Below, in pieces: positions 44,868 through 55,600 of a stretch of DNA of 64,000 bases. The number at the start of each line of letters is the position of its first letter. Within the stretch, counting starts at the first letter, position 1. This DNA is from Candidatus Saccharimonadota bacterium (lineage in GTDB: Bacteria > Patescibacteriota > Saccharimonadia > Saccharimonadales > Saccharimonadaceae): positions 12,284 through 76,283 of the forward strand of contig JAFUBM010000005.1 of NCBI GenBank assembly GCA_017460225.1. Reading direction: 5' to 3'. The notes under the pieces are model-generated. The model did not search any database and had not been told where the DNA came from. It worked only from the letters and a program-made list of their open reading frames with translations. Both the position numbers and the translations under genes were made by a program.

Positions 44868-45974
44868 ATGGAGATTGAAGTAGATTCGGGGAAACTAGCT
44901 AAAGCGCTCAGTATAGTGAGTCGAGTAGCAGCAGGAAGCAAGGCGACTTTACCTATCTTAAACAATGTTTTGATCCGAGTGGATGCGGGAAAGGTAAGTC
45001 TAACGACCACTAACCTAGATATGGCGGTAGTAGATTATTTGCCAGTATCGAAGAGTAAAGACGGGGTAATTACCGTACCGGCGAGGCTACTAGCAGAGTT
45101 TGCAGCAAACTTACCGAAGGGGAATGTTGTAAAAATTACAACAGACGGAGTAAAGGTGAACGTGGAGACTAAGGGATATAAGTCGACACTAAACGGAGCG
45201 GTGGCGGATGACTTTCCGGAGCTACCGGGAATAGACGAGAAAAAGGCGGTGAGGTTTAAGATGGGGGTGGATGAGTTTAAGGTGGGGGTAAACCAGGTGA
45301 CGGTGGCGAGCTCAAACGATATGACACGGCCGGCGTTAACCGGAGTCTACTTTAATACGGACGGCGGGGCGCTATATATTGCGGCGACGGACGGATACCG
45401 GCTGAGCGAGCGGAAGTTTATAGAAAAAGTACAGGCGGAAGTAAAGGCGATTGTGCCGACTAGTTCCCTGTCGGAAGTGATGCGATCCCTAGGCGAAGAG
45501 ACGGAGGAGGTGGAGATTTTGTTTGATGAGACGCAGGTACGATTCCGGGCGGGAGAGATAGAAATCACCTCAAAGCTAATCGACGGGAGCTTCCCGGATT
45601 ATCGACAGTTGATACCGAAGGAAGTGGAAGCGGAGATTGTGGTCCCGAAAGACGAGTTAGTGCGAGTAACGAAGCTGGCGGCGCTGTTTGCGAGAGAAGT
45701 GGGTGGGTCGATTGTACTGGAGGCGAAGACGGCGACGGGGACGTTTGCCGTGGCGGCGGTAGCGAATGAATACGGAGAAAACTCATCGGAAATAGAGACG
45801 GAAGTGACGAAAGACGAGCGGATAACGCTAAACTCACGATTCTTGATCGACGCCCTGAACGCGCTAGATGAGGAAAAGGTGAAGCTGGGATTCTCGGGGA
45901 AGTTGAGCCCGATACTGGTAAAAAATGAGAAAAGCGACAAATATACACATATTATTATGCCGCTAAAATCGTGA
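44868..45974 (+). CDS. dnaN: DNA polymerase III beta clamp
   Basis: LPILNNV, TTNLD, RPALTGV, ATDGYRL, FPDYRQLIP, IIMPLK. Confidence 0.97.
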   Translation: MEIEVDSGKLAKALSIVSRVAAGSKATLPILNNVLIRVDAGKVSLTTTNLDMAVVDYLPVSKSKDGVITVPARLLAEFAANLPKGNVVKITTDGVKVNVETKGYKSTLNGAVADDFPELPGIDEKKAVRFKMGVDEFKVGVNQVTVASSNDMTRPALTGVYFNTDGGALYIAATDGYRLSERKFIEKVQAEVKAIVPTSSLSEVMRSLGEETEEVEILFDETQVRFRAGEIEITSKLIDGSFPDYRQLIPKEVEAEIVVPKDELVRVTKLAALFAREVGGSIVLEAKTATGTFAVAAVANEYGENSSEIETEVTKDERITLNSRFLIDALNALDEEKVKLGFSGKLSPILVKNEKSDKYTHIIMPLKS

Positions 45975-46993
45975 TGATAATTAAATCTGTAAAGTTGACG
46001 AATTTCCGGAGCCACGAGTGGTTTGATTTGGAATGTTGGAAAGCGACGACGATGATCTCGGGGGAGAACGGGAGCGGAAAGACGTCGATATTGGAGGCAA
46101 TCTACGAGACGATGCGGGGAAAGAGCTTCCGGGCGATAGACCGAGAGATGGTGCGGAGAGGGGCGGAGTTTTATCGAGTGGAGCTGGGGTATGTGGATGG
46201 AGAAAAAATCGTGGTGACTTATGATGCGGTGACAGATAAGAAGACGTTTCTGGCCGGCGATAAAAAGACGGCGCGGTTACCGAAGAAATATCGCTATCCG
46301 ATTGTGTTGTTTGAGCCGGACGATCTAAACTTGGTCTCGGCGAGCCCGACGCGGAAGCGCGAGTATTTTGATAGATACTTGGCGCAGCTCAACGAAGGGT
46401 ATAATAATTCCCTAGTAAAATACAACAAAGCACTAAAGCAGCGGAATGAGCTATTAAAAAACGAGCGAGTGGGGCGGAGTGAACTGTTTTCTTGGAATAT
46501 ACTACTAAGTAAGCTGGGAGTAGTGATAGCGCGCGAGCGAAAAAAGCAGACAGAGAAAATCAACCGGGAGCTGACCGAGGTGTATCGGAGTATCGCGGAG
46601 AATGAAGACGAGATAAGCCTAGAAGTAAAGTCTGACCTAGGGCGGATGGACGAGAGCGAGTATTTACGGGAACTAGAGGGGAGGTTTGAGCGAGATAGAA
46701 TCTTGGGGCATACGACGTTTGGGGTGCACCGAGATAATTACGAGTTTACCTTTAACGGGTCGGGGGCGGAGGGGTCGGCAAGCCGAGGAGAGGTAAGGTC
46801 GATGATTGTGGCGCTGAAGTTTATTGAAGCGGAGGAAATTTTCCGAACACTAAGAAAAAGACCGGTGGTGTTGCTAGACGATGTGTTCTCGGAGCTGGAT
46901 GAGACAAGGCAAAAGGCCTTGGTGAAGAACTTTAAGCAAAACCAAGTGATTATCACGAGCGTGAACGCGGTGGAGGATGTGGAGGTGAACTAG
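45971..46993 (+). CDS. recF: DNA replication/repair protein RecF
   Basis: LTNFRSH, GENGSGKTS, ASRGE, LLDDVFSELD. Confidence 0.93.
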   Translation: MMIIKSVKLTNFRSHEWFDLECWKATTMISGENGSGKTSILEAIYETMRGKSFRAIDREMVRRGAEFYRVELGYVDGEKIVVTYDAVTDKKTFLAGDKKTARLPKKYRYPIVLFEPDDLNLVSASPTRKREYFDRYLAQLNEGYNNSLVKYNKALKQRNELLKNERVGRSELFSWNILLSKLGVVIARERKKQTEKINRELTEVYRSIAENEDEISLEVKSDLGRMDESEYLRELEGRFERDRILGHTTFGVHRDNYEFTFNGSGAEGSASRGEVRSMIVALKFIEAEEIFRTLRKRPVVLLDDVFSELDETRQKALVKNFKQNQVIITSVNAVEDVEVN

Positions 46994-47412
46994 TTGCAGT
47001 TGTTATCGTAGATGAGGCGGTAGTTTTTGGGGTCGATTCCCTGCTCGGTAAGCCAAGAAAGAGCGGCGGAGCGGAGATTGGTGCGGATAGGTTCTTCGCA
47101 GGTGCGGATAGTAATAGAGAGGGTGACGGCAGTATCGGCGGCCTCAGGGGAGACGGCGAAAATACGGAAGCCATAGGCGCGACCAGGATTAGAATCGTAT
47201 GGTAGGAGAGAGAAGACTGGGTCGGAAGAGAGAAGAGAGTCGCGATAGGACATAAGATCGTCTTGGGACTGGGACTGGATGGCTTCATAGGAATCTGGGT
47301 CTGGGGTGGATTCTGAGTGACGGGTTAAAACGAGAATAATAACAATAAGAATAACAACGATAAGCCCAAAGGTGCCAAAGAGGAGATAAAGTTTTTTGTG
47401 GTTTTGGTTCAT
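46990..47412 (-). CDS. Single-pass membrane protein, hypothetical
   Basis: N-terminal TM; coupled to the upstream hydrolase gene. Confidence 0.7.
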   Translation of the reverse strand: MNQNHKKLYLLFGTFGLIVVILIVIILVLTRHSESTPDPDSYEAIQSQSQDDLMSYRDSLLSSDPVFSLLPYDSNPGRAYGFRIFAVSPEAADTAVTLSITIRTCEEPIRTNLRSAALSWLTEQGIDPKNYRLIYDNNCN

Positions 47413-48701
47413 TAAGCGCCTCCTAGGTAGCGATAAACGTGATAGCCGGGGTAGGTATAGAAGTAAGTGATTTCTCCGGTGACGCGGCGGTAGCCGGCTT
47501 CGGCGATTTTGGGCTGACCGTTGATTTCTACGTAAATATAAATGTGCTGGGGACTAGAATTGACGATAATGTCGCCAGGCTGGAGGGCGCTATAATTACC
47601 ATTTTCTGCTTCGGTAATGCGGCGATAAGATGAGCTGGAGGCCATGTGGGATTCTTGGACGGTGGGGCCGGTTTCTGGAAAACTAGTATCGAGACCGGAG
47701 TAGTGCATGACGGTAGCGACGAAGACGTCGCAGGAAGCGCCGCGACCTTCGGGAGTGCCCCGACCAAGAAAGGCTCCGACGCCGGTGGACTCGAGCGCGG
47801 CGGTGTAAGTAGGTTTGGCTTGAAAGGCGGCTTCGGTGTGCTCCATGGCGGCGGTGATATGGTCTTCTTCCCAGGCTAGGTCAATAGCGGTGTCGGCGAT
47901 GGAGTTGCCGGTGGTGCTGGTGCCACAATAAGAAGCGGAAGAGGAAGATGAGCTACTAGAGGCGGAACTAGACGGAGAGGAAGAGATTTCGGTGTCTGTG
48001 GGGGAGAGTGAAGAGAAGGAAGAATAGGCGCTTTCAGCAAAACTACGGCGACCGGAGGCGTTTTGATAGAGATTACCATTGGCGAGGGTGGCAACACCTG
48101 GGTCGAGAATGGAACCTTCACCATAGATAGCGCGTTCATAAACGACAAGAAAAAGTTCGGCGTAGGAAGAAGGAGAAGGATTGGAGACCCGGCCGAGATT
48201 GTTAGTATATTGGCTAAATTCACCAGGCTCGTTGATCATATAGGTAAGCTCGACTTGGAGGGCGGCATCGGACTGGGATTCATCACCCCAAGAGATACCA
48301 TGGGAGGCGAGTTCGTTCATAAGTGCGTCATTACGACCGCCGCAAGCTTGATAAATACCACTACAACCGGAGCTGTTGCGGGCGAAAGGATTGACGTTGC
48401 TTTCTGCCATGAGGTTACCGATGATACCGGCGATGGCGGCGGGGTTGTCGGAGACGCCAGAGATGCCGGCGTTGAGGAGAAAGTTCCAGGCTTTTTCGGC
48501 ATTAGAATTGCCGGTGAGGTCGGTGAGAATGATAGAGTCGCAACTACCAAACTTGGCAACCCAGTCTGGGTCGTAGAAATAGATGCCGTTGTAGCCGTAG
48601 GTTTTTTTGCGGGAGGAGGAGAGGGCTTGGACGGACGTGGTGCCGGCTACGACCAAAAAGAAGCTAAGAAAGATAAATAGGACGGGTCTAATAACCTTCA
48701 T
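47412..48701 (-). CDS. Secreted two-domain peptidoglycan hydrolase (phage-tail-lysozyme-like plus NlpC/P60-CHAP-like)
   Basis: Signal peptide; AIAGIIGNLMAES; Ser linker; ASCDVFVATV...LQPGDII...HIYIY. Confidence 0.75.
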   Translation of the reverse strand: MKVIRPVLFIFLSFFLVVAGTTSVQALSSSRKKTYGYNGIYFYDPDWVAKFGSCDSIILTDLTGNSNAEKAWNFLLNAGISGVSDNPAAIAGIIGNLMAESNVNPFARNSSGCSGIYQACGGRNDALMNELASHGISWGDESQSDAALQVELTYMINEPGEFSQYTNNLGRVSNPSPSSYAELFLVVYERAIYGEGSILDPGVATLANGNLYQNASGRRSFAESAYSSFSSLSPTDTEISSSPSSSASSSSSSSSASYCGTSTTGNSIADTAIDLAWEEDHITAAMEHTEAAFQAKPTYTAALESTGVGAFLGRGTPEGRGASCDVFVATVMHYSGLDTSFPETGPTVQESHMASSSSYRRITEAENGNYSALQPGDIIVNSSPQHIYIYVEINGQPKIAEAGYRRVTGEITYFYTYPGYHVYRYLGGA

Positions 48702-48728
48702 TATCTATATATTATATATATAATAAAC

Positions 48729-49082
48729 TTAATCGTCAATCGGAGGTTCGGAGAAGAGGGTGGAAGAAGTTGAGGCGGGTTTGGATTCAGCAGTGGAAGT
48801 AGAGTTAGATTCGGTGGCGCGGGCGGAAGAGTAGGAGGCGTAGTTGGATTTTAAAATACCGAGCATGAGAAAGGCGGCGAGGAAAGTGGCGGCGAGGACA
48901 AGGAGGCGCTTGGTCTCGAAGCTTAAATCCTTGAGACTAGAGAGATTGAAGGAGCTGGAAGAAAAACTAGAAGAAGCGGAGGGCTCAGAAAGAGGAGTGG
49001 TGCCGGCGGGGACGAAGGGGTCGTCGCGGTGGTGTAGCCAAAAGAGCTTTTCTTTGAGGCGCTCAAAATGCTCGTACATCAT
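48729..49082 (-). CDS. Single-pass membrane protein, hypothetical
   Basis: Central TM with Ser-rich flanks; TGtTATAAT-N8-ATG. Confidence 0.6.
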   Translation of the reverse strand: MMYEHFERLKEKLFWLHHRDDPFVPAGTTPLSEPSASSSFSSSSFNLSSLKDLSFETKRLLVLAATFLAAFLMLGILKSNYASYSSARATESNSTSTAESKPASTSSTLFSEPPIDD

Positions 49083-49122
49083 ATAGAGATATTATAACAG
49101 ATAGAGGGGGAAGATAAAAACT

Positions 49123-50949
49123 TTAGCGTTGTGTGGTTTGAGTGGGGTTGGTGGTGATAAGTTGTTCTTCTGTCTCGCTGGCGATGACTTGGATGTGAAC
49201 GTGGTTGCTACCAGCAAAGAAGAGACCCTGGCCGACCGGGAAGTTGGCGAGACGTTTCTTTTCTTCGTCGGTCAACTTGAAGACATCCGAGAGGACGTCG
49301 ACGGCGGAAGCGGATTGTTTTAAGAGGAGCTGCATGGAAGAGTTGGCAACGATAGCGCGACCCATTTTGGTCCCCATAAAATCTTCGACGTCTTGAGTGA
49401 TGGTAGAGAGGCCGAGGTAATACTTGCGGGCGCGCTTGGCAAGGGAGAAGAGGAAGTTGGCGGAATCTTCGTGTTGCATGAGCTGCCAAGCTTCATCAAC
49501 GATAAGTAGGCGACGCTTCTGCTCGGCGCGGACGACGTTCCAGATGTGGGACAAAACGATATACATGGCGACGGGGCGGAGCTCATCCTCAAGATCGCGG
49601 ATGTTGAAGACAACCATAGGGTTGTTGATGTCGACATTGGACTGCTGGGAGAAGATGCCAGCGAAAGTACCGGTGGTGTATTTACGCAGGCGGTTGGCTA
49701 GCGAGGGGCCGGTGCCTTCCATGTGGAGGAGCGTGTCGTAGAGGTTGATGATGGTGGGGGAAGTGGACTGATGGGTGAGGGGATCAGAAGTGATGCCGGC
49801 ACGGGCGTAGGTGTCGATCAAAGCTTGGTCGAGATCGGCTTCTTCTTCGGCGGTGAGGGCGGGAGTAACGGAGCCGTTGGGACCAGTAGCGGTGCCGCCG
49901 AGCATGAGGCGGAAGAGACCGTGGAGGGTAACGAGATTGGCGCGGAGAGCGTCGTTGGCGTCTTCCGCATCGACGACCTTGGGAAGGTCAAAGGGGTTAA
50001 TCCGGACATCGGAGTTAAGCGAGAGGCGGATGTAAGAGCCGCCGACGGCGTCACAGAGCTTCTGGTACTCGTTCTCTGGGTCGATGATGATAATCTCGGC
50101 GCCGACCATCATAGAACGTAAGGCTTCGAGCTTGACAGTAAAGGATTTACCGGCACCGGACTTGGCGAAGACGACCATGTTGGCATTCTCAAGCGAGAAG
50201 CGGTCGAAGATGACGAGGCCGTTGTTGTGCATATTGATGCCGTAGAGGATACCCTTTTCTTGGGTTAAATCGGCGGAGGTAAACGGGAAAGAGGTGGAGA
50301 TGGCGCCGGTGTTCATATTGCGGCGAATCTGGAGCTGGTCAGTACACTGGGGGAGGCAAGATTGCATACCTTGCTCCTGTTGAGAGGAAGCAACCTTGGA
50401 AAAGACCATCTGCTGGCCAAAGAGAGTCTCGATTTTTTGCTGGACAAAGCGGAGCTCGTCGAGAGAATCGGCCCAGAGAGTAACGTAGAGACCAAAGCGG
50501 AAAAACTTCTCGGCGCCGACCTGGAGCTGGTCGCGGAGCTCCTCGGCGTCGGTGATGGCGGCTTCTAGCTCAGGGTCGCGGACTTTGCCACGCTCGGCGT
50601 TGACGTTCATGGAAGCTTCTAGCTGAGTGACTTTCTTGCGGAGGTTTTTCATGACGACGCCGGTGTCGACGGGATAGATGTACATAGAGATATCGAGGAC
50701 TTCATCGATGTTGATGAGGGGGGAGAGCCAGCCAGTGTAGAGCGAGCGGGGATAGCCATAAATATAGAGAGTGCGGCCGTATTTGGTGCCGAGGCGGAAA
50801 TGGTCGGAATGAATCTCGATAGAGGAAGGAGAGATGAGGTCGCGGAGGGTGGTAATGCCCTGCTCGAAGGCGCGCTGGATGGCAAGATCTTCGTTGAGCT
50901 GGCTCTGGGCGGCGATTTCCGCGGCGGACAAGTTCTTTTTCTTAGGCAT
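49123..50949 (-). CDS. VirB4-like type IV secretion ATPase
   Basis: AKSGAGKS (Walker A), IIDPENEY, INPFDL, LLIVDEAW (Walker B), RARKY, ITQDVEDF. Confidence 0.9.
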   Translation of the reverse strand: MPKKKNLSAAEIAAQSQLNEDLAIQRAFEQGITTLRDLISPSSIEIHSDHFRLGTKYGRTLYIYGYPRSLYTGWLSPLINIDEVLDISMYIYPVDTGVVMKNLRKKVTQLEASMNVNAERGKVRDPELEAAITDAEELRDQLQVGAEKFFRFGLYVTLWADSLDELRFVQQKIETLFGQQMVFSKVASSQQEQGMQSCLPQCTDQLQIRRNMNTGAISTSFPFTSADLTQEKGILYGINMHNNGLVIFDRFSLENANMVVFAKSGAGKSFTVKLEALRSMMVGAEIIIIDPENEYQKLCDAVGGSYIRLSLNSDVRINPFDLPKVVDAEDANDALRANLVTLHGLFRLMLGGTATGPNGSVTPALTAEEEADLDQALIDTYARAGITSDPLTHQSTSPTIINLYDTLLHMEGTGPSLANRLRKYTTGTFAGIFSQQSNVDINNPMVVFNIRDLEDELRPVAMYIVLSHIWNVVRAEQKRRLLIVDEAWQLMQHEDSANFLFSLAKRARKYYLGLSTITQDVEDFMGTKMGRAIVANSSMQLLLKQSASAVDVLSDVFKLTDEEKKRLANFPVGQGLFFAGSNHVHIQVIASETEEQLITTNPTQTTQR

Positions 50950-51745
50950 TTTTTTCTCCTTTCTTGACGTAGGTCGTCGCGAGTTTGGAAAAATCTACCA
51001 GCGGTTCGCGAACCGCGGTGTCGGGGTTGTTGAAATCGTAATAGAGTTGAGCAAGCTGCTGAGTGTTGAGACGGACGGAATGGATGCCGATTTGGAAGAG
51101 GCCGGAAGTAACAGTCTCGACGCGGTTGTTGATCTCCGCGGCGGCTTTGTCGTAAGTGGGGCGGTCAATGCGGACGACGGGCTGCTGTTTGTTTTTCTGG
51201 AAAGCAGCGAAGAGGTTGCGAGTCTCGGTGAGCATTTTTTCTTGCTCGGAGTTGGGGTAATACGGGATGACGATAAAGAAGGACTTGTCCATAATGTTGG
51301 CTTCTTGGGAGAGGACGTCGATGAAGTTGATGTAATCGTCCATCAGGATACCGAGGAGCATATTGTCGTTGTTTTTGCGGATCTCGGTTAGACGGTTGAT
51401 GTAAGGAGTGATGTCGACGCGCTGGGAGCGGATAAGAATCTGGGTGGTGAAGTTGAGGGAGTTGAGGAAGTTTTGGTAGGAGAACTCGACACCCTCGCGC
51501 TCTTGGGAGGACATAAGGTCGAAGTTGATCGACTGACAAGCAACGACGGCGCGGAAAGAGCCATCTTTCATAATAACCATACCATCGCGGAGCTCAGAAA
51601 TCAGGAGAGTGGACTGTGTAGCCAAGGGAGAGTCGGGGGTAGCTTGGGCCACGGAAACGGGCGCGGGAGCAGAGGAGATGGTCTGGCCGTTGACGATGGC
51701 GCCTTGGGGGGGTTGGGTAGGTTGTTGAGGTTGGTTTGGGTGCAT
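50942..51745 (-). CDS. Conjugation-type protein resembling the N-terminal part of Gram-positive VirB4/TraE
   Basis: SINFDLMSSQEREG...YQNFLNSL...QILIRSQRVD..PY; overlaps the virB4 start. Confidence 0.6.
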   Translation of the reverse strand: MHPNQPQQPTQPPQGAIVNGQTISSAPAPVSVAQATPDSPLATQSTLLISELRDGMVIMKDGSFRAVVACQSINFDLMSSQEREGVEFSYQNFLNSLNFTTQILIRSQRVDITPYINRLTEIRKNNDNMLLGILMDDYINFIDVLSQEANIMDKSFFIVIPYYPNSEQEKMLTETRNLFAAFQKNKQQPVVRIDRPTYDKAAAEINNRVETVTSGLFQIGIHSVRLNTQQLAQLYYDFNNPDTAVREPLVDFSKLATTYVKKGEKNA

Positions 51746-51754
51746 GTGCTCTCC

Positions 51755-52588
51755 TTAATGTAAACTAATATAGACTTCTTTATCTTTTTTCTTAGGCTTG
51801 ATGCGAGTGGTGCGGGCGGCTTGCTGGGCGATAGTGGAGACGGTATAGGCGTCGTTGGTGGATAAGTTTTCGGCGACGCGAGGCGGGAGTGGAGGAGTAG
51901 GGGCGGGAGTGGGGGCGTAGAGATTGACAGGAGGAGCGAAGACTGGCGTGGGGGAGGGGGCGGGAGTGGGGTTGATGGGATTGTTGGCGTCGATAGCGGC
52001 ACGCATCTTCTCGACGGCTTCGGCGTGGCGACGGTCGGACTCGGACATAACGCCAGCGCCGATCTGAGTAGAGCGGTAATTGTCGAAGACGTCGGTGATG
52101 GCGTTGGCTTCGGCAAGGATTTCGCCACGGACGGGAGAGTCGGACGGTGTAGCACCGCCTTTTAGAGAGTTACCTTCTGAGTCGACGACGGAAGCAAGGA
52201 ACGAGAGACGGCGGCCAGCTTCTTCCTCGGAGAGGTCGCGGATGAGCTTTTTTTCGACGGTCTTGGGAGCGTAAATTGTAATGGTGGACTCACGTTGGCC
52301 GGGATTCCAGAGACGGCGGTTGGGCTTGGTGTAGTAAGAAATCAGAGCAGCGACGTAGGTTTCCATGGGCTGGTCTTTGCGCAAGGGCAGGGCGAGAACT
52401 AGCAAAAAGAGCGCGGGAAGCACCAAAACTACCGAGAGGAGAATAAAAATCTCGGAAAGTTGGGCGAGTGCCCAAGCAAGAGCGATGAGGCCGGCGGCGA
52501 TAAGCAAGTAAATAAATTGGCGAAAATTAAACGGACCAAGCAACTTATCGTCCGCTTCGACATCCTGGGGGACCTTATACTGCGCCAT
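51755..52588 (-). CDS. PrgI family (VirB3-like) protein with Pro-rich tail
   Basis: YKVPQDVEADDKLLGPFNFRQ followed by two TMs. Confidence 0.8.
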   Translation of the reverse strand: MAQYKVPQDVEADDKLLGPFNFRQFIYLLIAAGLIALAWALAQLSEIFILLSVVLVLPALFLLVLALPLRKDQPMETYVAALISYYTKPNRRLWNPGQRESTITIYAPKTVEKKLIRDLSEEEAGRRLSFLASVVDSEGNSLKGGATPSDSPVRGEILAEANAITDVFDNYRSTQIGAGVMSESDRRHAEAVEKMRAAIDANNPINPTPAPSPTPVFAPPVNLYAPTPAPTPPLPPRVAENLSTNDAYTVSTIAQQAARTTRIKPKKKDKEVYISLH

Positions 52589-52633
52589 GGTTATATTATA
52601 GCATGTTGTTCGCTTGCGGTCATTAGCATTTTA

Positions 52634-55600
52634 CTAACGATAGTTGTCGGGGTTGTCGAGGATGTCCATCAATTCTACGAACAAGTCGTCGTTGGTGGCA
52701 GAGGGGTTGGCTTTGAGGAACTCGTCGAAGAGATAGGCGCAGTAGTCTAGGCCAAACTTGCGGAGGGTGCGGCTGACACGCTTGGGATAGTTAGCGGAGT
52801 CACCGGCTTCGTCGAAGAGGTCGTGCATAGCGTCGCGGAAATATTCGGCGTTGTCATAAATAGGAAGCGGGCCGGAGTCGGAGCCTTCGTGCTCGAGTTC
52901 GCGGTCGATCTCTGCTTGGCGCTCCCGACGTTCTTCGGCCTTTTGCTTAATGTAGGCGGCAATCTTGACGTCGTCGTCGAGATCAAGCATACGGCGGAGA
53001 GAGTCTTTGGAACCGAGGGCGGCACCAGAGCGGCGAGATTTGTAGATTTGTTCGAGCTTGCCTTTGCTGTTGAGAATACCTTGGAACTTTTCTTTAGCCT
53101 TGGATTCGCGGAACTCTTTGAGCTCTTGGTCGGACATACCGTCGGCGTAGTTCTCGGGGAGTTCGCCAGAGGCGATAAGCTCGGCGATGCGTTCGTTGGC
53201 AAAGGATTCGACCATAGGCGAGAAGAGATCGGTGCGGAGGTTCAAAATCTGGTTTGGAGTCTGGGCAGCAACATAGAGATCCGTCTGCTTCTCGAAGAAC
53301 TCGGGCGGGAAGCCATAATACGGGTCGTCTGGGTCTTCCCAGCGTTTGACATATTTGCCGTTTTTGAGCTTGAGACCAGTGAGGTAAGAGGCTTGAGATT
53401 GGATTTGCTCAGAGCCAGACGGATATTTGAGAGCGGCGGAAATGAAAGCAGGGAGAGTGGCCCAGTTGAGCTCGTTGAGCTTCTTAGCCATACCCTCGGT
53501 ATCGTCACCGTAGACTTTCTTGAGCGAGCCGAGGATGTTGTCGTAGGCGGTACGCTCGACACCGTCGAGAGAAGTACCTTCCATGAGCTTAACCATGCCG
53601 CGCTTGGACTTTTTGATTTCGACAGCACCGGTTTCTGGGTTGACTTCTTCGTATTCACCCTTGACGTATTCATCAAAGGAGAGGATGTTGTTTTTGCGGC
53701 GCTTGTCGTTGCCTTTGTCATCGAGCTGGCCTTCGTTGAAGACGCGAGCGGTCTCGAGGTTGATGTATTTGCCATAGCGGCGGAGGAACGGATCGTTGTC
53801 TTTGACATCAAACATGAGGAAGTTGGCGATAGCCTGGGAGGCGTGGGTGCCGAGACGGATTTGGCCGCCAGAGAGGACGTCGTCGAGAGTGGCTTTGACG
53901 AGGTCTGTATCGCCACGCTGGTTTAACGTACGCATACCCATCAAGATAGTGTCGATATATTCGTTGGAATGGTGATAGTTGTTGAGGTCTTTGAGGCGGT
54001 TGACGAGCTCCTGGGTCGGCGGGATAGAAGCAAAGTAGTTGGCAAACTTGGAGGTAATAATCTTGTCTTGGACAGCCTCGGCGTTGGCGGCGTAGGCGCC
54101 GGCGTAGTGGATGCGCTCGCCGTTATCATGCATAATAGAAGAAATGGTATTGTAACGCGCGAGGTTAGCGGCGTTGATAGCGCGGTTGTACTGAGTGGAC
54201 TGAGTGCGAGCGGTGAGGGCGGCTTCAAAGCGAGCATGGCGCGAGGCGGCGTTGTCGCGGGCAATCATCTCGCCGCGGGCGGTTTCGATAACTAGACGGT
54301 CGGCGGCGTTCATGACAGCGAGATCATTGTCTAGGATTTCTTGGTAGCGCGGGTCGGTCTTTGGCGTGGTGGCGGAGACACCCTCTTCAAAATCGTTAGT
54401 AGTCTTGGTAATTAGTTCTTGGTTGCGAACGTTTTGGCGAAGGAGGCGCTGGCGCTCGAGACCGCGAGAGGTGAGATAGCCACGGCGGTTGCGATAGTTT
54501 GCGGTGTAGGCGGCAGAGCTGAGCTTGGCGGCGGCTTCATAGTCGGCGGTATCGGCGGCACGGCGGTCGACGCGTTTCTTTAGGTATTGGGCGAGGTAGC
54601 GGGAAGGCTGAGTCGGGCGGGCTTCGACCCCCATGTATTTAGCGCGACGGTAAGCGGATTCTCTGAGAGCGGCGTTGGAGAGCCCGACGGTGGGGGCTTT
54701 GAGGACGTTGCGAACGAGAGTGTTGACTTGACCCGGGAGAGTACCAGACATCTGGAGGAGCTTCCAGGAGAAAATCAGCGGGACGACCTTGACACCCATA
54801 CCGAGAACGAGGATAAGGTTGGACTCGGCGCTGGCCATGATAGTCCAGCCAACGAGCGAACAGGCGCCAAAGAGAGCGGCAAAGAGGGGGTAGAAGACTA
54901 GCATGGTGGTGAGGGTGGATTTCCACTTTTTGTACCAGATCTCAGTATTGGGGAGCATCATCGAGACAAAGGCGAGAGGGCTGACCATAACGAGGAGATA
55001 AATCAGGGCTTGGCGGACGGCGAGGGTAACGTAGGCGGAGAGTACGGCAACGACCCCACCGAGGAGTACGGGGATGAGCGCGAGAAAGACTGCAGCAAAC
55101 CCACCGGCAAGACCGATGGCGAGACCGCCAAGGATGGTGCCGCCGCCCAGGAGAGTGGTGAGGTTGACGTAGTTGATGTCTTTAGAGGTGACGGAGGCGG
55201 TAAGGAGGCCGCTCGGGGTGACGGAAGTCTCGATAGAGAGGAAGATGTCACGAACGGACGAGCCAATGATGTTGGAAAAGTCGACAAAGAGAGCGCAGAG
55301 AATATAGGAGAGGTTGATCATAATGGCGGCGACGACGACTTTGGGGAGGGCGCGTTTGATGCCATAGTTGCTGATACCGATGCCGGTAAGCTGAGAATAG
55401 ATGACGACGAGGAAGAAAATGACAAAGACGATGTTGGTGATGTCGCGGAAGATGGACCAGATTTGGCGGAAGGGCGAGTCGGCGTCGGAGGTGATGGGCT
55501 TAATGACGAGATATTCTTCGATGATTTCGTAGAGGCCGTCGGTGACTTTAGAGAGGAAGCCGGTGGCGGGACAGACGAGCCAACCGAGTGAGCCGGATTC

